Source: Eledone cirrhosa (lineage: Eukaryota). Taken from it: a stretch of 64,000 nucleotides of DNA. Numbering within the stretch: the first letter of the stretch is position 1; each line of letters opens with the position of its first letter. The stretch covers positions 345,278,001-345,342,000 of the forward strand of contig OZ024742.1 in the NCBI GenBank assembly GCA_964016885.1, written 5' to 3'. Positions 37,212 through 51,217 of the stretch are shown in pieces. The notes under the pieces are model-generated. The model did not search any database and had not been told where the DNA came from. It saw only the letters and a list, made by a program, of their open reading frames with translations. The position numbers and the translations under genes are program-made.

Positions 37212-37377
37212 GTGAGAGATGCCTAGATAGAGTGATAAAGATAGATATAGAGATAGATAGACAAAGCGAGACATAGATAGATAGAGATAGGTTGAGAGCG
37301 AGAGAGATGCATAGATAAAGTGATGAGGATAGATAGATATATAGAAGACAACGAGAGACATATATAGATAGAGATAG

Positions 37378-37437
<60 letters not shown>

Positions 37438-37907
37438 TATTAAATGAAAGCATGACGGCTATCAATAGAAGATGTATTGGTGTGATATGGTCTGAAAGGT
37501 TTACACACAATACAGCTGTCTGGGATGATGTATTATACAACGTAGAATATGTATAAGGTAATAATAAAATAAAATTCAACAGTCATTAACACAATAATTG
37601 TAATGAACACGTACTGTAATCAAGATATTTCGACATTGATATAGCATATGCACACAAAGAAACACACACGAATACATACACATACAGATATATACACTGT
37701 AAACAAATTATTATTTAGAAAGTGACACTTTACAATATGCAGCTATGAGTCTCGTGTTTCCACTCCTCCCGCATGTGTCAAATTAGGGAGATCTGTAGGT
37801 AATTTATATAAGACTAACAGGAAATATGTACTTTTTCTCAAAAACCTTTTCTGTTCTTTCCTCTTGTCACGCTCTATCTTTCTATTTTAACTTTGATTTC
37901 TCATTCT

Positions 37908-37944
37908 GTTTTCTGATGAAAGAATAGTGTCCGAAACGTAAAGC
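37908..37944 (+). ncRNA. Minimal HHR remnant (PLE pLTR-type)
   Basis: tttt-CTGATGA-aagaatagtgtcc-GAAA-CG-TA-aagc; stems I and II are weak. Confidence 0.5.
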
Positions 37945-38077
37945 GATTTTTCCTACTATATCAAAGGTTTCCGGTGTTCTTTCCCGTTAATATTTGCATA
38001 TACGCTCACACACACACATATGAAGCTAATACCACTATATACCATTGACTCCTGCGTTTGCTTGTTTGTCATTTTGA

Positions 38078-38117
<40 letters not shown>

Positions 38118-38118
38118 G

Positions 38119-38415
38119 TAATAATAATAAATGTGAAGACTAAAATCCAAAGAGGGCTCGATAAGGATAATATATATATAAATATATATAAAATCCGTAG
38201 AGAAAATATTTATCAAAATAACAGATTAAAGTTTAAGCAAAGAATCACTGCTTCAACCCTTAACGGGATCTTCTGAAAAAAATGAGAGGTACAATTCTTT
38301 TAAAAAAGAGATATATAATGTATATAAAGTATATAAAGTATAACCGGTTTCAGAAGATACCGTTAAGAGTTAAAGCACCGATTCTTTACTTAAACTTTAA
38401 TCTGTTATTTTAATA
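38119..38415 (-). mobile_element. PLE-derived fold-back element with a foreign loop
   Basis: Tail plus arm 38119-38278, inverted arm 38347-38415; same family as 33679. Confidence 0.8.
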
Positions 38416-38465
38416 TATATATATAAGTAAGATTCTATACAAAACATTGGTTAAAGAAAAAAGGT

Positions 38466-38697
38466 TAAATTGGAAATAGCACAGAAAATATATTTAAGGG
38501 TCTGTTTTTCTTTTTTTTTTTTCCTCTCTTTGATTCGTCAAACGGACCTTATTGAATAAATGATAGGGACAATTCTTCTAAAAAAGAGTTTTATAATGTT
38601 GAGTATTAAAATTAAAAATAATTAATAAGAGTTAAAAACTAAAAATTAAAGATTGAATAACGTACCGGTATGGAATGGATCATGTAGAAGTGGGATG

Positions 38698-38747
<50 letters not shown>

Positions 38748-39100
38748 GGGGGGGGGGGAGAGATGGGGGCGAGAGAGAGAGAGAGAGATATTCATATTTT
38801 TCCAGTCTCCTTCTCAAATAGAAGATGAAAAAATCTTTCCTCAACACTTAATTTTAAATCTTTAATTTTTAGTTTTTAATTCTTATTAATTCTTTTTAAT
38901 TGTAATACTTAACATTTGATAAGATGAATTTTACTAATACATCGAAACCAGTTATACTTTATATACTTTATATACTTTACATATATTATAAAGCTCCTTT
39001 TTAAAACAATTGTCACTCTCATTATTTCAATAATGTAACTTTGACGAATCAATGAAAAAAAAACAGACCCTTAAATATATTTACCGTGCTATTTCCAATT
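38466..39100. repeat. Diverged inverted repeat (~38466-38654 / ~38857-39100), probably the pLTR of another PLE
   Basis: ttggaaatagcac...aagggtctg versus cagacccttaaatatattt...gtgctatttccaa; degenerate HHR-like GATG..CATC-GAAA-CCAG-TT at ~38915-38955. Confidence 0.6.
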
Positions 39101-39114
39101 TCTCTCTCTCTCTC

Positions 39115-39158
<44 letters not shown>

Positions 39159-39162
39159 GCTC

Positions 39163-39257
<95 letters not shown>

Positions 39258-39258
39258 C

Positions 39259-39294
<36 letters not shown>

Positions 39295-39818
39295 AGAAGG
39301 CTATGTGATGATTTACCTAAAATACCCTAATTTTCTTATAATCATAGTATATATTTGCTATTTTTGCTATTACAAACTCCTTTGTTTGAATACCGCACCT
39401 GTATGGAATGCATAATGTAGGAGTGGGATGTTATATATATATATAGGTATATATATATAGAGAAAGGGGGGGGGATATATATATATATTGTATATATATA
39501 TATATGCATATACATACATACAAGTACAATCCATTAATGGAACAGTAAAAATATGTAAAACATTCCAAAAATGTTGCATCTAATAACTGCATATACACAT
39601 GTACAGATACAAAGCATATGCACATGCACACATACAACTCAAAACATACACATCAAGATATAAAATAACATCCATAACTACATATGCATGCAGACATGCA
39701 TACATATCTACCTAGTTGATGTTGTGTAAATTCCAATGAGAGAGTCTTGTGTCTATGTTAGAAACCGACTCTCTCTCTATTGGGAAAACATTTGTGAAAT
39801 TATAAAACCAGAAGAACA

Positions 39819-39852
<34 letters not shown>

Positions 39853-39889
39853 CGTACATATATATATAATTACATACATACATACACAC

Positions 39890-40500
39890 ATGGTGGCTGC
39901 CAACTCGTTTTCGAGTACGGCCACTACTTTATATCCATGTAGGAGAACCCCTACTGATGCGCTGAACAAGTGTGACTTTTTAGTCCAGCCAGCGACTTGA
40001 AAACTCTGGTACAAAGACTACACTTGTGACAATTATTGACACATAGTGTTGGGCCCATGGTACCATGTGACGACAAGTGCAGAGAGATCTCCAGATATAA
40101 AGCAATGCCTGTGCCGTGAAGCTTTTAAAGTGAGCAAAGGCACTGCACAAAGCCAGTCCCACTCTCTTAACCAAGATGATATTTACCAAAAAGAAGAACA
40201 AGTCAACATCATTGGATACCATCAGGGTTGCAGGTGTTATATCAGAGTTTTCCTTCTCCTAGAATTCTGCCTTGACAAAGGCTAAGGGGTCATCTCTCCC
40301 GGTGATTTTGGATGGCCATTGACTCTTAAGAGCTCCTTTGCCCTTTGACAGGTTTTGTTTTTAGTCCTGCAGGATGTCCAAAGTCATCCTCCTCACCAAG
40401 AAACCTTGGTGGGGTTGCCAGTTTAGTCGCCAACGACCCGACCATGAGACAGGTTGTACTGGGATACATGTTACCAGTAGCACCAACTGGTGACCTGACA
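39890..40500 (-). mobile_element. Short non-autonomous RTE-derived element in (CATA)n
   Basis: Minus strand has ctaggagaaggaaaactctga (RTE 5' UTR-type motif); both ends are shared with 54117-54618. Confidence 0.65.
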
Positions 40501-40552
40501 TACACATACATACATACATACATACATACATACATACATACATACATACATA

Positions 40553-40876
40553 CATGGTGGTGGCTGCCAACTCGTTTTCGAGTACGGCCACTACTTTATA
40601 TCCATGTAGGAGAACCCCTACCGATGCGCTGAATGAGTGTGACTTTTTAGTCCAGCCAGCGACTTGAAAACTCTGGTACAAACACTACACTTGTGACAAT
40701 TATTGACACATAGTGTTGGGCCCATGGTACTATGTGACGACAAGTGCAGAGAGATCTCCAGATATAAAGCAATGCCTGTGCCGTGAAGCTTTTATAGTGA
40801 GCAAAGGCACTGCACTAAGCCAGTCCCACTCTCGTAACCAAGATGATATTTACTAAAAAGAAGAACTAGTCAACAT
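40553..40876 (-). mobile_element. Partial tandem duplicate of 39890-40208
   Basis: Near-identical sequence, flanked by (CATA)n. Confidence 0.8.
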
Positions 40877-41342
40877 ACATACATACATACATCCATCCAT
40901 CCATCCATACATACATACATACATACATACATACATACATACATACATACATACATACATACATACATAGAGATAAAATACAATGATTTTTAGATAAAGA
41001 AATGTGGTTGATATACGTAAGACAATATAGATTAGATGACTTTAAAATTCATGAGATAAAAAGAATTAACTTCTCGTAGAAAATTGGAAAATATTCATAA
41101 TATTAATCTCTAAAGTCTATTTGTCTATATTCCGTCTCAGTAATTCGATCATCATTTACGACCAACTATTAACTATAAATTTCCTGAATAAAATATATTA
41201 TCATTTTATCATCATGCTGTTTTATGAGTTCGCCATGTTGTTTCGTAATGACTTGAAAACTATATTTCAATTCATTTTCAGAAGCTTTTTCGTCTGGTTT
41301 AGGAATTTATTCCGCAAGTATGTAGTCCTTGATTCAGACGCC

Positions 41343-43032
41343 GTCTTCTCTGCGCATGCGTTTGCGTGTGTGTATAGTGTTTTGTTTGATGTGTGTTCGT
41401 GTTTGGGTGACTATGTATTGGTTATTGTATTCTATCTTAGTTTACTAGTGTGTGTTTATATGTGTTTGTTGTTATTGTGCTTGTGTATGTATTTATTTCT
41501 TTATTTATACTTCTCTTAGGTCAGTGTTATTTGTTGACTAAAGGGCCACATATTCAAGTTCAACTAGAAGATCTACACCCAAAATGAGGGAGCAGCCATT
41601 GGCGTCAGCATAGCTGGTGATGTTGCCAACCTTTTTTATGGTATGATGGGAAAGGAGACTCAAAGATCTCCTTGATGAGAGCTCCATAGGTCTCATTATG
41701 TACTCTCGTTACGTAGACGGCATCAATATAGTTATAAGGACATCCCCACAAGAGACCACTAACAAGTTTGATTTAGAACGTAGCACAATGGAAAGCATCC
41801 AGCAGATGGCTAATTCCATACACCAGAGTATAACTGTAACTATCGACTACCCTTCCAAACACCCTAACAATAGACTACCTGTATTAGACACGGAACTCTG
41901 GATTAACACTCTAGACGAGAGAGCCCACATTCTCCACTCACACTATGCTAAACCCATGGCCTCCAAATACCTGATACTCAAAAACTCAGCAATGTCCAGT
42001 AGTGCTAAGTGTAATATTCTGATCGCAGACTTGGTACGAGTGATGAAGAACGTGTCCCGCATGTGAGACCCAACAGAAATGGAAAGACACATCCGACACT
42101 TCATCAACCGCATGCAGTTCTCTGGCTACAACCAAAGAGACAGCATCAGAGTATACGAAGGAGCCACGGAGAAGTATAAGACCCTCATAGAACTGGACAT
42201 GAAAGGAATTTGCACATTATACAGGAGCAAATCATGGAATAGCTTAGATAGGACTAGACATAAGATAGGGAAAGCCACCTCATGGTACGACAACCAGAGA
42301 TACCAGAGTGTCATGTTTGTGGACGCTACCCTTGGAGGGAAATTAGCTAACCAGTGTAGAAAGGCCCTGAGAAAGACCCACTTAAAGATTAAGGTGGTAG
42401 AAAAGCCAGGAACCACCATAAAATCCCTGATCAGCAATACCTACCCTTTAAAAAAAAAACACTGTACTAATAGAAAATGTATCATATGTAAAGTAAACCC
42501 CCCCGATAAACTGTAAAACTAGAAACGTAGTCTATAGCATAAGATGTACAGAGGATACTTGCAGAAACATGACAACAACATACATAGGCGAGACAGCTCG
42601 TAGCATAGGTGAAAGGATAGAACAACACTGGGGGAACTAAAAGGACGAAAAAACGGTTCTGTACTATACGAACATACCAGAAAATAACACAACGGTAACA
42701 TAGACAACATAGAAATTAGAATAATATCTAAACATAGAAATGACCCAGAAGATAGGCAAATCAGAGAGGCCAGTGAAATAGAACTTAGAAGGCCAAGGCT
42801 AAACAGAAAAATGAATGGAATAACAACAACACCCAAACAAACAACACTGACATAAGAGAAGTATAAATAAATAAATAAATAAATACATACACAAGCACAA
42901 TAACAACAAACACATATAAACACACACTAGTAAACTAAGATAGAATACAATAACCAATACACAGTCACCCAAACACGAACACGCATCAAACAAAACACTA
43001 TACACACACGCAAACGCATGCGCAGAGAAGAC
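41343..43032 (+). mobile_element. 5'-truncated Penelope-like element (Naiad-like) with inverted 3' copy (41343-41537 / 42836-43032)
   Basis: RT and GIY-YIG remnants plus inverted arms. Confidence 0.85.
41540..42866 (+). pseudogene. PLE RT-thumb-GIY-YIG ORF remnant (Naiad-like)
   Basis: GAAIGVSIAGDVANLF, YSRYVDG, LPVLD, YAKPMAS, ADLVRVMKN, SGY, CKTRNVVYSIRC, YIGETARS, RQIREA; contains stops and frameshifts. Confidence 0.85.
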
Positions 43033-44464
43033 AAAAAAATAAGCAAATAAATAAATAAATTGACAGACTAAATAAAGATGGCGTAGGCATACAATGCAAC
43101 GGGAGGAAACATAATAGCACCACTGACGATGTTGCAGATATCCAACGAAAGAACTTTGATAGACTATATATAAGTGTTTGTGTCTATATTGTATCTGTAT
43201 TTTTGACCGTTGGTCATTCAATGGTAACATTGAGGACCGAATAAATTAAATTAACCGATATAAAAGACACAGAAGGGAAAACCAACCAAACAGTGAGTGT
43301 TTTCTGTTATTAATTATGGTAATATTATTACACAAATATGACCCACCCCAAGTATAACAATATTTGTTTCGACCCACGATTTCATATCAAAAACCTCGCA
43401 AAACTAATTCATATATACATACATATATGTATATATATATACATGTAAACAACATTGTTGTCATCGATAGTTCTAGCCGTGAGTTTACTATATATTCTGC
43501 AGTACTTGCACACACCAGAAATTTACACTTATTCTAATAAGCTCGTCTGTTAACCTAACCATAACTGCTTTTCCTTCACTCTACCCTATGTAATTCCATA
43601 GGCGGAGTTTTCTATATACACTTTCTGTCTACGGGACTAACTAGCCATTACGAATAGCATTTACTGTTGTATATTTACATATGGTATGGCACCTTAGCCC
43701 GATGCCGACTAGGCCATACAGTGTATTTCACGTGGGTGGTTCGGTTGCGTAACCGAACGTGACGACTGTGAGAGGTGGCAGATATTGTGGACCCGTTTTA
43801 TTTCCACTTCCTTCAGTGGAGTGCTAGCAGGGCATGTACTCTGCTTTACGTCACTTCATTGTATTCTGTTTTGGATTGAAGGTGTTTGTTGCAGACGGCC
43901 TCTGTGAAGAGATCTTCTATACGTGTAATTGGAAACCTTTTGATGTAATTTTTACTTGGAACTGGAACCAATGTATAGAGGGTGGTGGCCAGATATTGAG
44001 AAATCAACCTGTTACAAGGCGATACCACTGGAGTGCACCATCTTTCCTATAAACAATCCTGCCTGTAAAGCTACACCACGGCTAACCAACTTTTATGTTT
44101 ACAGACTCCTGCTTACGAGCTTTCATACTCTGCCTGTAAATCATGTACTTTCACTGCTTGTGAATTGATATATCTATGCTTGATTTGGGGGCTTAGCTCT
44201 GTTTCTTGACCGCTGTATCACGTGATTGACTCCCCCTCCGCCTTTTCAAGATTCTATCTCGCGCATCACAGACGTGTTTCGAAACATTTAATGAGGTATC
44301 TTCTTGATAAGTCGGCAGACCTCACACACACTCTATATCTCTATGATGTAATGTTTTTGCATAATATGCCGCAAAACTACGTAGTCGAGGACTATAGAAG
44401 CAGTTTAGCTATGATGTATCTTATTACTAATTATATCTAATGTTTCTTTTCTCTTCATAATATA

Positions 44465-44514
<50 letters not shown>

Positions 44515-44587
44515 ATCCTTATCATCCACGCTTCGTATTTTAGTCTTCACATTTATTATTACTATTATTATTTATATATATATATAC

Positions 44588-44698
<111 letters not shown>

Positions 44699-44969
44699 TA
44701 TAGAGAAAAATACTGCAGGTAGCACATGGATAACATGTAATAAAATAAGTCCCTCATCAGTGATTTGCCGAAGATCATAGATATTTCATTGCATTAAAAA
44801 TCATATATCTCACGTCGGTGCAATAATAACCAAAATAAGTTATTAGGACAATTAAAACGCGTAAAGCGAGTGAGACAGGAGAACAACAGAAAGTATAGCA
44901 TACCGTAGGGGACAGAAACAAGCTTCAAAAATTATTCTGTTTAGCATAAGCTAGGTGAATATATGAGCG

Positions 44970-45035
<66 letters not shown>

Positions 45036-45088
45036 TAATAGTAATAACAAATGTGAAGACTAAAATTCGAAGAGTGGACAATAAGGAT

Positions 45089-45132
<44 letters not shown>

Positions 45133-45134
<2 letters not shown>

Positions 45135-45969
45135 AAATTAAATTAGGGGTGTCATATCCGAGAGACATGCGCCATATCCACTGTAGAATATGCTCAAAGA
45201 TTCCAATGAGTGGATCCGAGCATTTTATATCAACTATGAATGGATTGACGTATATATATAAAATAAACATATGAAACAATTACATGGAATAATTTGTAAA
45301 GTGTGTAAGCACACACAAATAGGTAGGTAACTAATTAAAGTTTAACTCGAACTTCAAATATAGATACCTTTTAAAATGATTAATCTTCCTTGTATATATT
45401 TCATTAAAGAAATATATTTCACCATCAATCGGTATATCACAGTAGTCAAATCCCGGATTATTTTAGATATATATATGTATGTCAATCAATTTCTAGTTGA
45501 TATAAAATGCTGGGATCTATTCATTGGAATCTTTGAGCATATTCTACACTGGACATCGTGCATGTCTCTCGGACATGACACCCTTAATTTAATTTTGGAT
45601 ATATATACGCCCCCTTAATTGTAGAGCTAACTCAGTTGAAAGGACTCGGCTGCTCTTTCTAGCTGTCGATAATCCTATTCTCGCCAATGGGATGACGCTG
45701 GTATGATGTGTGTATTTTTAAAAAAAGTGCAACACGTGCTACTAGTCATTCGCAGATTTGCATTTGCTGTGTAAACACAGATAGTTAAATATACAAGGAA
45801 ATATATACAAGGAAGATTAATAATTTTAAAGTACTAGTTAAACTAAAGTACTAGTTAAACTTTAACTAGTTTCCTACCTAGCTGTGTGTGCTTACACACT
45901 TTACAAATTATTCCCTGTGATTGTTTCATATGTTTATTTTAGATATATATATGTCAATCAATTTCTAGT

Positions 45970-45972
<3 letters not shown>
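45133..45972. repeat. Fold-back element: 45133-45260 inverted at 45465-45598; 45225-45400 inverted again at 45797-45972
   Basis: caaaattaaattaggggtgtcat versus atgacacccttaatttaattttg; (TA)n flanks. Confidence 0.75.
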
Positions 45973-46022
<50 letters not shown>

Positions 46023-46861
46023 GGATACGTTTGTGTCTTAGCATTTCAACATTAAGACACCGATAAAATAATATTCGGACTTGAGAAAAATAAGCTCTAA
46101 AATCGATATGATCGAGATGCCCTACCATGTCGGCACTAAACCTAGTAGAAGAATGAAATACTATTGTTGACAATTTATTTCAAAGTATTTTACTGATACT
46201 AGCGATATTCAAAATAATACATCCTCAAAGGAGCCGATCATTAAATCGGACCAAAGAAACAGCTTTTTACCATTGCTGATAATCCGAAATAGAATATTTT
46301 GTTCAAGGAAACATTGCAACTCCTGGTCTAAGCATCGAAAACACAACATTACGTTCGAATGTCTAACGCTCTAACCACTCTTAATGTCTCTTACGAAGCC
46401 ACATTAGTATGACATTCTTGAGCGTGATTTCATCAGGAGCGTGATTTCATCTTATGTTTACTGAGAATTTTCGCAATGATCTGTTCAAACATAATGATTC
46501 AATAACCATTAGAACTAACACAACTAATTTTAGATATTTTCTACTATATCATTATGTTAGATGTTAAAGAAGGGTTGGGTTTAACCCTTTAGCATTTAGA
46601 TTACTCTATATATATAGTATTGGAGTATTAACTATTGCAGACGACTAGACAGCTAAATACTATCATTTTACTATTTTTATCTCTGGGTTCAGTAATTAGG
46701 CTGCGGTTATGTTGTATTCATGACTTAATTGAATTTTTGTCGTTGTAGATTTTTACCTTTCATCTTGCTGTAATCGATAAAATAACCTTCCAGTTAACTA
46801 CTGGATATGATTTAATTGTCTTTCACCTTCCCTAAAATTACTGGCTTTGCACAGAAACCAT

Positions 46862-47455
46862 TTAGCAGTATCGGTAAGGGGAGGACGCCATGCTTTGAAG
46901 CATAGAGTTACCTCCCTTTACGATGTGAGTTCAAATCCCGCCGAGGTTGACTTTGCCTTTCATCCTTACGGAGTCGATAAAAAATAAAGTACCAGTAATG
47001 CACTGGGTAATTGCTGGCCTTGTGCCTAAAGTAGAAACAATTATTATTATCATTAAGAACATCATGATTTGTGACAAAGATATACGGCCCTGTACGTTTT
47101 GAGTTAAAATCCGGCCGAGGTTAGCCTTTCATCCTTACAGATGAAATAAAGCACCAGTCACGCACTGGGATTGATTTAGTCGACTATTAGCCTCCCCAAA
47201 ATTGCTGACGCTGTTCCCATATCAGAAACCATTATTATTATCATTAATAATATTATTATTTGTAGCAGGGCGGTGAACTGGCGGTGTCGGTAGTGTTGGA
47301 CGCCATGCTTTCTAGCATAGTTACGTCCCTTTACGGTCTGAGTTCAAATCCCGCCGAGGTTAACTTTGCCTTTTATCCTTACGGGGTCGATAAAATAAAG
47401 TACCAGTAATGTACTGGGTAATTGCTGGCCTTGTGCCACAAGTAGAAATAATTAT
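46862..47455 (+). mobile_element. Tandem cluster of three SINE copies (~46862-47050, ~47090-47235, ~47268-47455)
   Basis: Repeated gagtt(c/a)aaatcc(c/g)gccgaggtt...tcctt...aataaag(t/c)accagt. Confidence 0.85.
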
Positions 47456-48734
47456 TTGTAGAAGTACTAAAATTCTACTAAGTTTCACTTTTTCAGTTCA
47501 TCCTTCCGGGTTCGATCAAAATAAATATCACAACGTAGCAATTAACTCTAGCTGCTTTCTACAAATATTTGGCTTTATTCCAAGTTAGAAGATCTTATTT
47601 TATAATAACAGCATTTAAGATATACCTCGCACTTCTGCAATTAGAAAATTCTTACTAAATATGTACAGCAATATAATAAAAATACCTGTCAAAGAATAGA
47701 TAGATTCTGACTAAAATATGTAGGAAACATGATGAAAATTAAATCAAACATTTTTTCACCTAAAGGGAAATCAGTAGGCACTAAATATATACAGATGTTT
47801 CTGGCAAGTGTGAAAAGGAAATAGAATTTATAGAGAAAAATATATAATTACAAATATTTTAAACAAATATTATACTATGACTATAACTAAAGCGCTGCGA
47901 ATTTGCAGAGTAGATAGAACGGCAGGTAGAATGCTTTGTAGTAATCGTTCCCACTCTGGGTTCAAATTCCGCACAGGCAAAAGAAAAAAAAAACAGATGG
48001 CAGCCTTTCGTTATTTCAGAGTCGTTAGATAAAGTACCAGTTAAATACGAAGTTTGGTTCTTCCTCTGTCTCTCTTTATCAGTGTCTTTCTTTCTCTTTG
48101 CTCTCTTCAAGTTTTGCCATTCATCCCTGTGTACTATGTAGTCTCTCTGCTTTCTTCTAGGTTTGACACTGATCCCTGTGTAAGCCATGAACACGTTCTG
48201 TAGCTTCTACTTTCTTCGAGTTTTGCTACACCTCCCTCTGTACGGTGTGTCCTCGCTCAGTAGTTTTCCTGATTCACCAGTCTTTGTCACTCACCCCTGT
48301 GCATAATTTCACTGTAATAATATAGGAAGTATCTCGGAGACTAGATCTTTCTGTTGTTTACTCAATAATCAACAGTGTTTAGCATATTGTGAACAATTCA
48401 AGTGGAATACAACGAAAAAGTTACCTGACCTTTGTGTAATTAAACTTCGTCTTTAAATTCCTATTAAGTGCATGGGGATTCTGAAATTGATTTTAATAAA
48501 ATCTCTGGTTGTCCTAAACGGAAGGTGTAAAATATTTATTGATTCTTTACATTAAAATAACGGAGTAGACCACCTTGAGCTGGTGTCGTTTCTGTTCAAT
48601 CTACTCTACAGCATAATTCATTGTATGATATTATATTTTAATGATTTCATAATAAGGATTTTAGAAATACATATTTTATTATATCTGAGTTTATTGTAGT
48701 GATATAATGAAAACTTGAACGAGGGGATATATAT

Positions 48735-49230
48735 GGCTGGTTGGATGGTTGGAGGGAGAGAAGGGTGTGTGGATGGATGGAGGGATGGATGGGGGATGGA
48801 TGGTTGGCTGGTTGAATGGATAGATGGAGGGATGGAGGGATGGGTGGATGGTTGCTTGGGTGGATGGTTGCTTGGGTGGATGGTTGGTTGGATGGATGGT
48901 TGGTTGGGTGGATGGTTGGCTGGTTGGATGGATGGAGGGGTGGGTGGATGGATGGATGGATGGTTGGGTGGATGGTTGGTTGGATGGAGGGTTGGTTGGA
49001 TGGATGGTTGGTTGGGTGGATGGTTGGCTGGTTGGTTGGGTGGATGTTTGGCTGGTTGAATGGATAGATGGATGGATGGTTGGCTGGTTGAATGGATAGA
49101 TGGATGGATGGTTGGCTGTTTGGATGGATGGTTGGGTAGTTGGGTGATTGGAGGGATGGGTGGTTGGGTGGATGGAGGTTGGTTGGTTGGTTGGTTGGTT
49201 GGGTGGGTGGTTGGATGGATGGATGGTTGG
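48735..49230. repeat. (GGAT/GGTT)n tetranucleotide microsatellite
   Basis: Direct reading. Confidence 0.95.
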
Positions 49231-49701
49231 ACTGACGGTCTAGTAACTTAAGTTGGAATCGTTGGGACGCCGACGTTTCTTGGGTATTTTATACTCGGTG
49301 GAGCCCTTCCCCTCACCAGCCCTGAACACAGATAATTTATTCTAGGGAAGGAGAGAAACTAATTATAAATGACGTGAAAATGAAATATAGAGGGAGATTC
49401 GACCCTTGTTGTGATCTGGATCTTTTTTTATCGATCTTGAAATGATGAAGGGTAAAGTTAACCTGGACGGGATTTGAACACGTAGAGTGCTGGAGAATAT
49501 ATAGCAAATATAGCAAAGTATTGAAACAGAGGTTCTAACAACGTCTAGTAGATTGCTAGACATAACAGCCAAATAATCTCCAACTTACAACTGATCCTTA
49601 TACAACGTGGAGACTTATAGGATAATGTAGTCAAATAGGAGATACGCAATATCTGGTACAAGGATTAGTTGGAGTGATTGGAATCATAAGGCTGAGTTGG
49701 C

Positions 49702-49890
49702 TTAACCCTTTAGTTACCACCCCGGCTAAATCCGGCTCTTGTTCTATGAAATAAAACCACACATTTGAAACGTTTCCAATATAAATTAAAATCTTCCAAC
49801 AAAATTTTATATAAGAACATTAATTTAAGTGACTGTCTTAGTAATAAAATAATTTATAATTTATAATTTCAGTAAATCCCTTAAAATTCT
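49702..49890 (+). mobile_element. Possible TTAA-targeting (piggyBac-type) MITE end
   Basis: TTAA|CCCTTTAG start, also seen at ~46581; no partner end found. Confidence 0.35.
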
Positions 49891-50484
49891 TAGCAGCAAC
49901 AACAGCAACAGCAGCAGCAACATCAACAGCAACAGCAGTAACAACAGAACAACAGCAACAATAACAACAACGGCAGCAGCAACAGAAACAACATCAACAA
50001 TAACAGCAACAACACAGCAGTAGCAACAATAACAGCAACAACAACAACAACAGCAACAGCAGCAACCAATATTTCACTAATATTCTTGGTATATCTTTCT
50101 TAAACCCGATCTAAACTACTGTAGTATATATCTGACCGTAGACAGAATATCTGACCAGTTTCTATAATTATACAAACTTTAAACAAATGAACAATTTATG
50201 TAAAGATCACTAATCATAATTCAACAAGCATCAGACACATTTAGGTGTTATAGTATGATAGATGTATAGAGTGCAATAGGTGAAACACACCATTGAGAAC
50301 ATCAATTGATTCATCTCTAATTCAAAATTGCTTAAATACTTTTATGAATAAAACCATATTTTATGATGTGCGCACTTATGAGATGCTTATCTATTTTACG
50401 TTAAATTTGATGTTAGTGTGATTAACAGTATACGGTGTGTAGTTTAGAGTATATTGTATAAAGAAGTAGACTTAGTTGAAATCA

Positions 50485-50865
50485 TTGGTGGATTGGCAGT
50501 ATCGGCAGAGGGTCGGGCGCCATGCTTTGAAGCATAGAGTTACCTCCCTTTATGACCTGAGTTCAAATCCCGCCGAGGTTAACTTTGCCTTTCATCCTTA
50601 CGTGGTCGATAAAATAAAGCACCAGTAATACGCTGGGATAATTGCTGGCCTGGTGCCAAAAGTAGAAACAATTATTAATATTGGCAGTATCGGTAGAGAG
50701 TCGGATGCCATGCTTTGCAGCAAAGAGTTACGGCCCTTTATGATCTGAGTTCAAATCCCGCCGAGGTTAACTTTGCCTTTTATCCTTACGAGGTCGATAA
50801 AATAAAATACCAGTAATGCACTGGTTAATTTTTGGCCTTGTGCCAAAAGTTGAAACAATTATTAA
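50485..50865 (+). mobile_element. Two head-to-tail tRNA-derived SINEs
   Basis: Two consecutive ggcagtatcgg...gagttcaaatcccgccgagg...gtgccaaaagt(a/t)gaaacaatta units. Confidence 0.9.
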
Positions 50866-51019
50866 TATATCAAGTCTTAAATATCAGACAAAGTTAATTA
50901 TTTTTCTGTCACAGTTCATTAAAATATTCTATATCATATGCACACCTCATATGGAGGGCGAACACGGGTTAGCTACAATCCCAGACATAAATACATGCTG
51001 GTATATATATATATATATA

Positions 51020-51130
51020 TATTTATTAAAATAACAGATTAAATTTGCTCTACGGTTCTTATATATTTGATATATATTTATCCTTATCGAGCTCTCTGTA
51101 GATTTTAGTCTTCAAATTTATTATTATTAC
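51020..51130 (+). mobile_element. Collapsed PLE fold-back element (hairpin deleted, tail kept)
   Basis: atttattaaaataacagattaaa is joined directly to tttgctctacggttctt...ttcaaatttattattattac. Confidence 0.75.
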
Positions 51131-51146
51131 TATATATATATATATT

Positions 51147-51217
<71 letters not shown>

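Noticed and set aside
41100-41230. HHR or SECIS in the Naiad-like pLTR (ATGATGA motifs on the minus strand)
   Set aside because: Cores are too degenerate and the stems are unconvincing.
43960-44075. IVY...YIGSS on the minus strand as a GIY-YIG remnant
   Set aside because: The motifs lie in different frames with atypical spacing and nothing else supports the call.
44720-44765. CTGATGAGGG on the minus strand as a hammerhead
   Set aside because: No GAAA box downstream.
47859-48194. 111-aa minus-strand ORF
   Set aside because: It runs from a possible RTE-like 3' remnant into a diverged SINE and is not a coherent gene.
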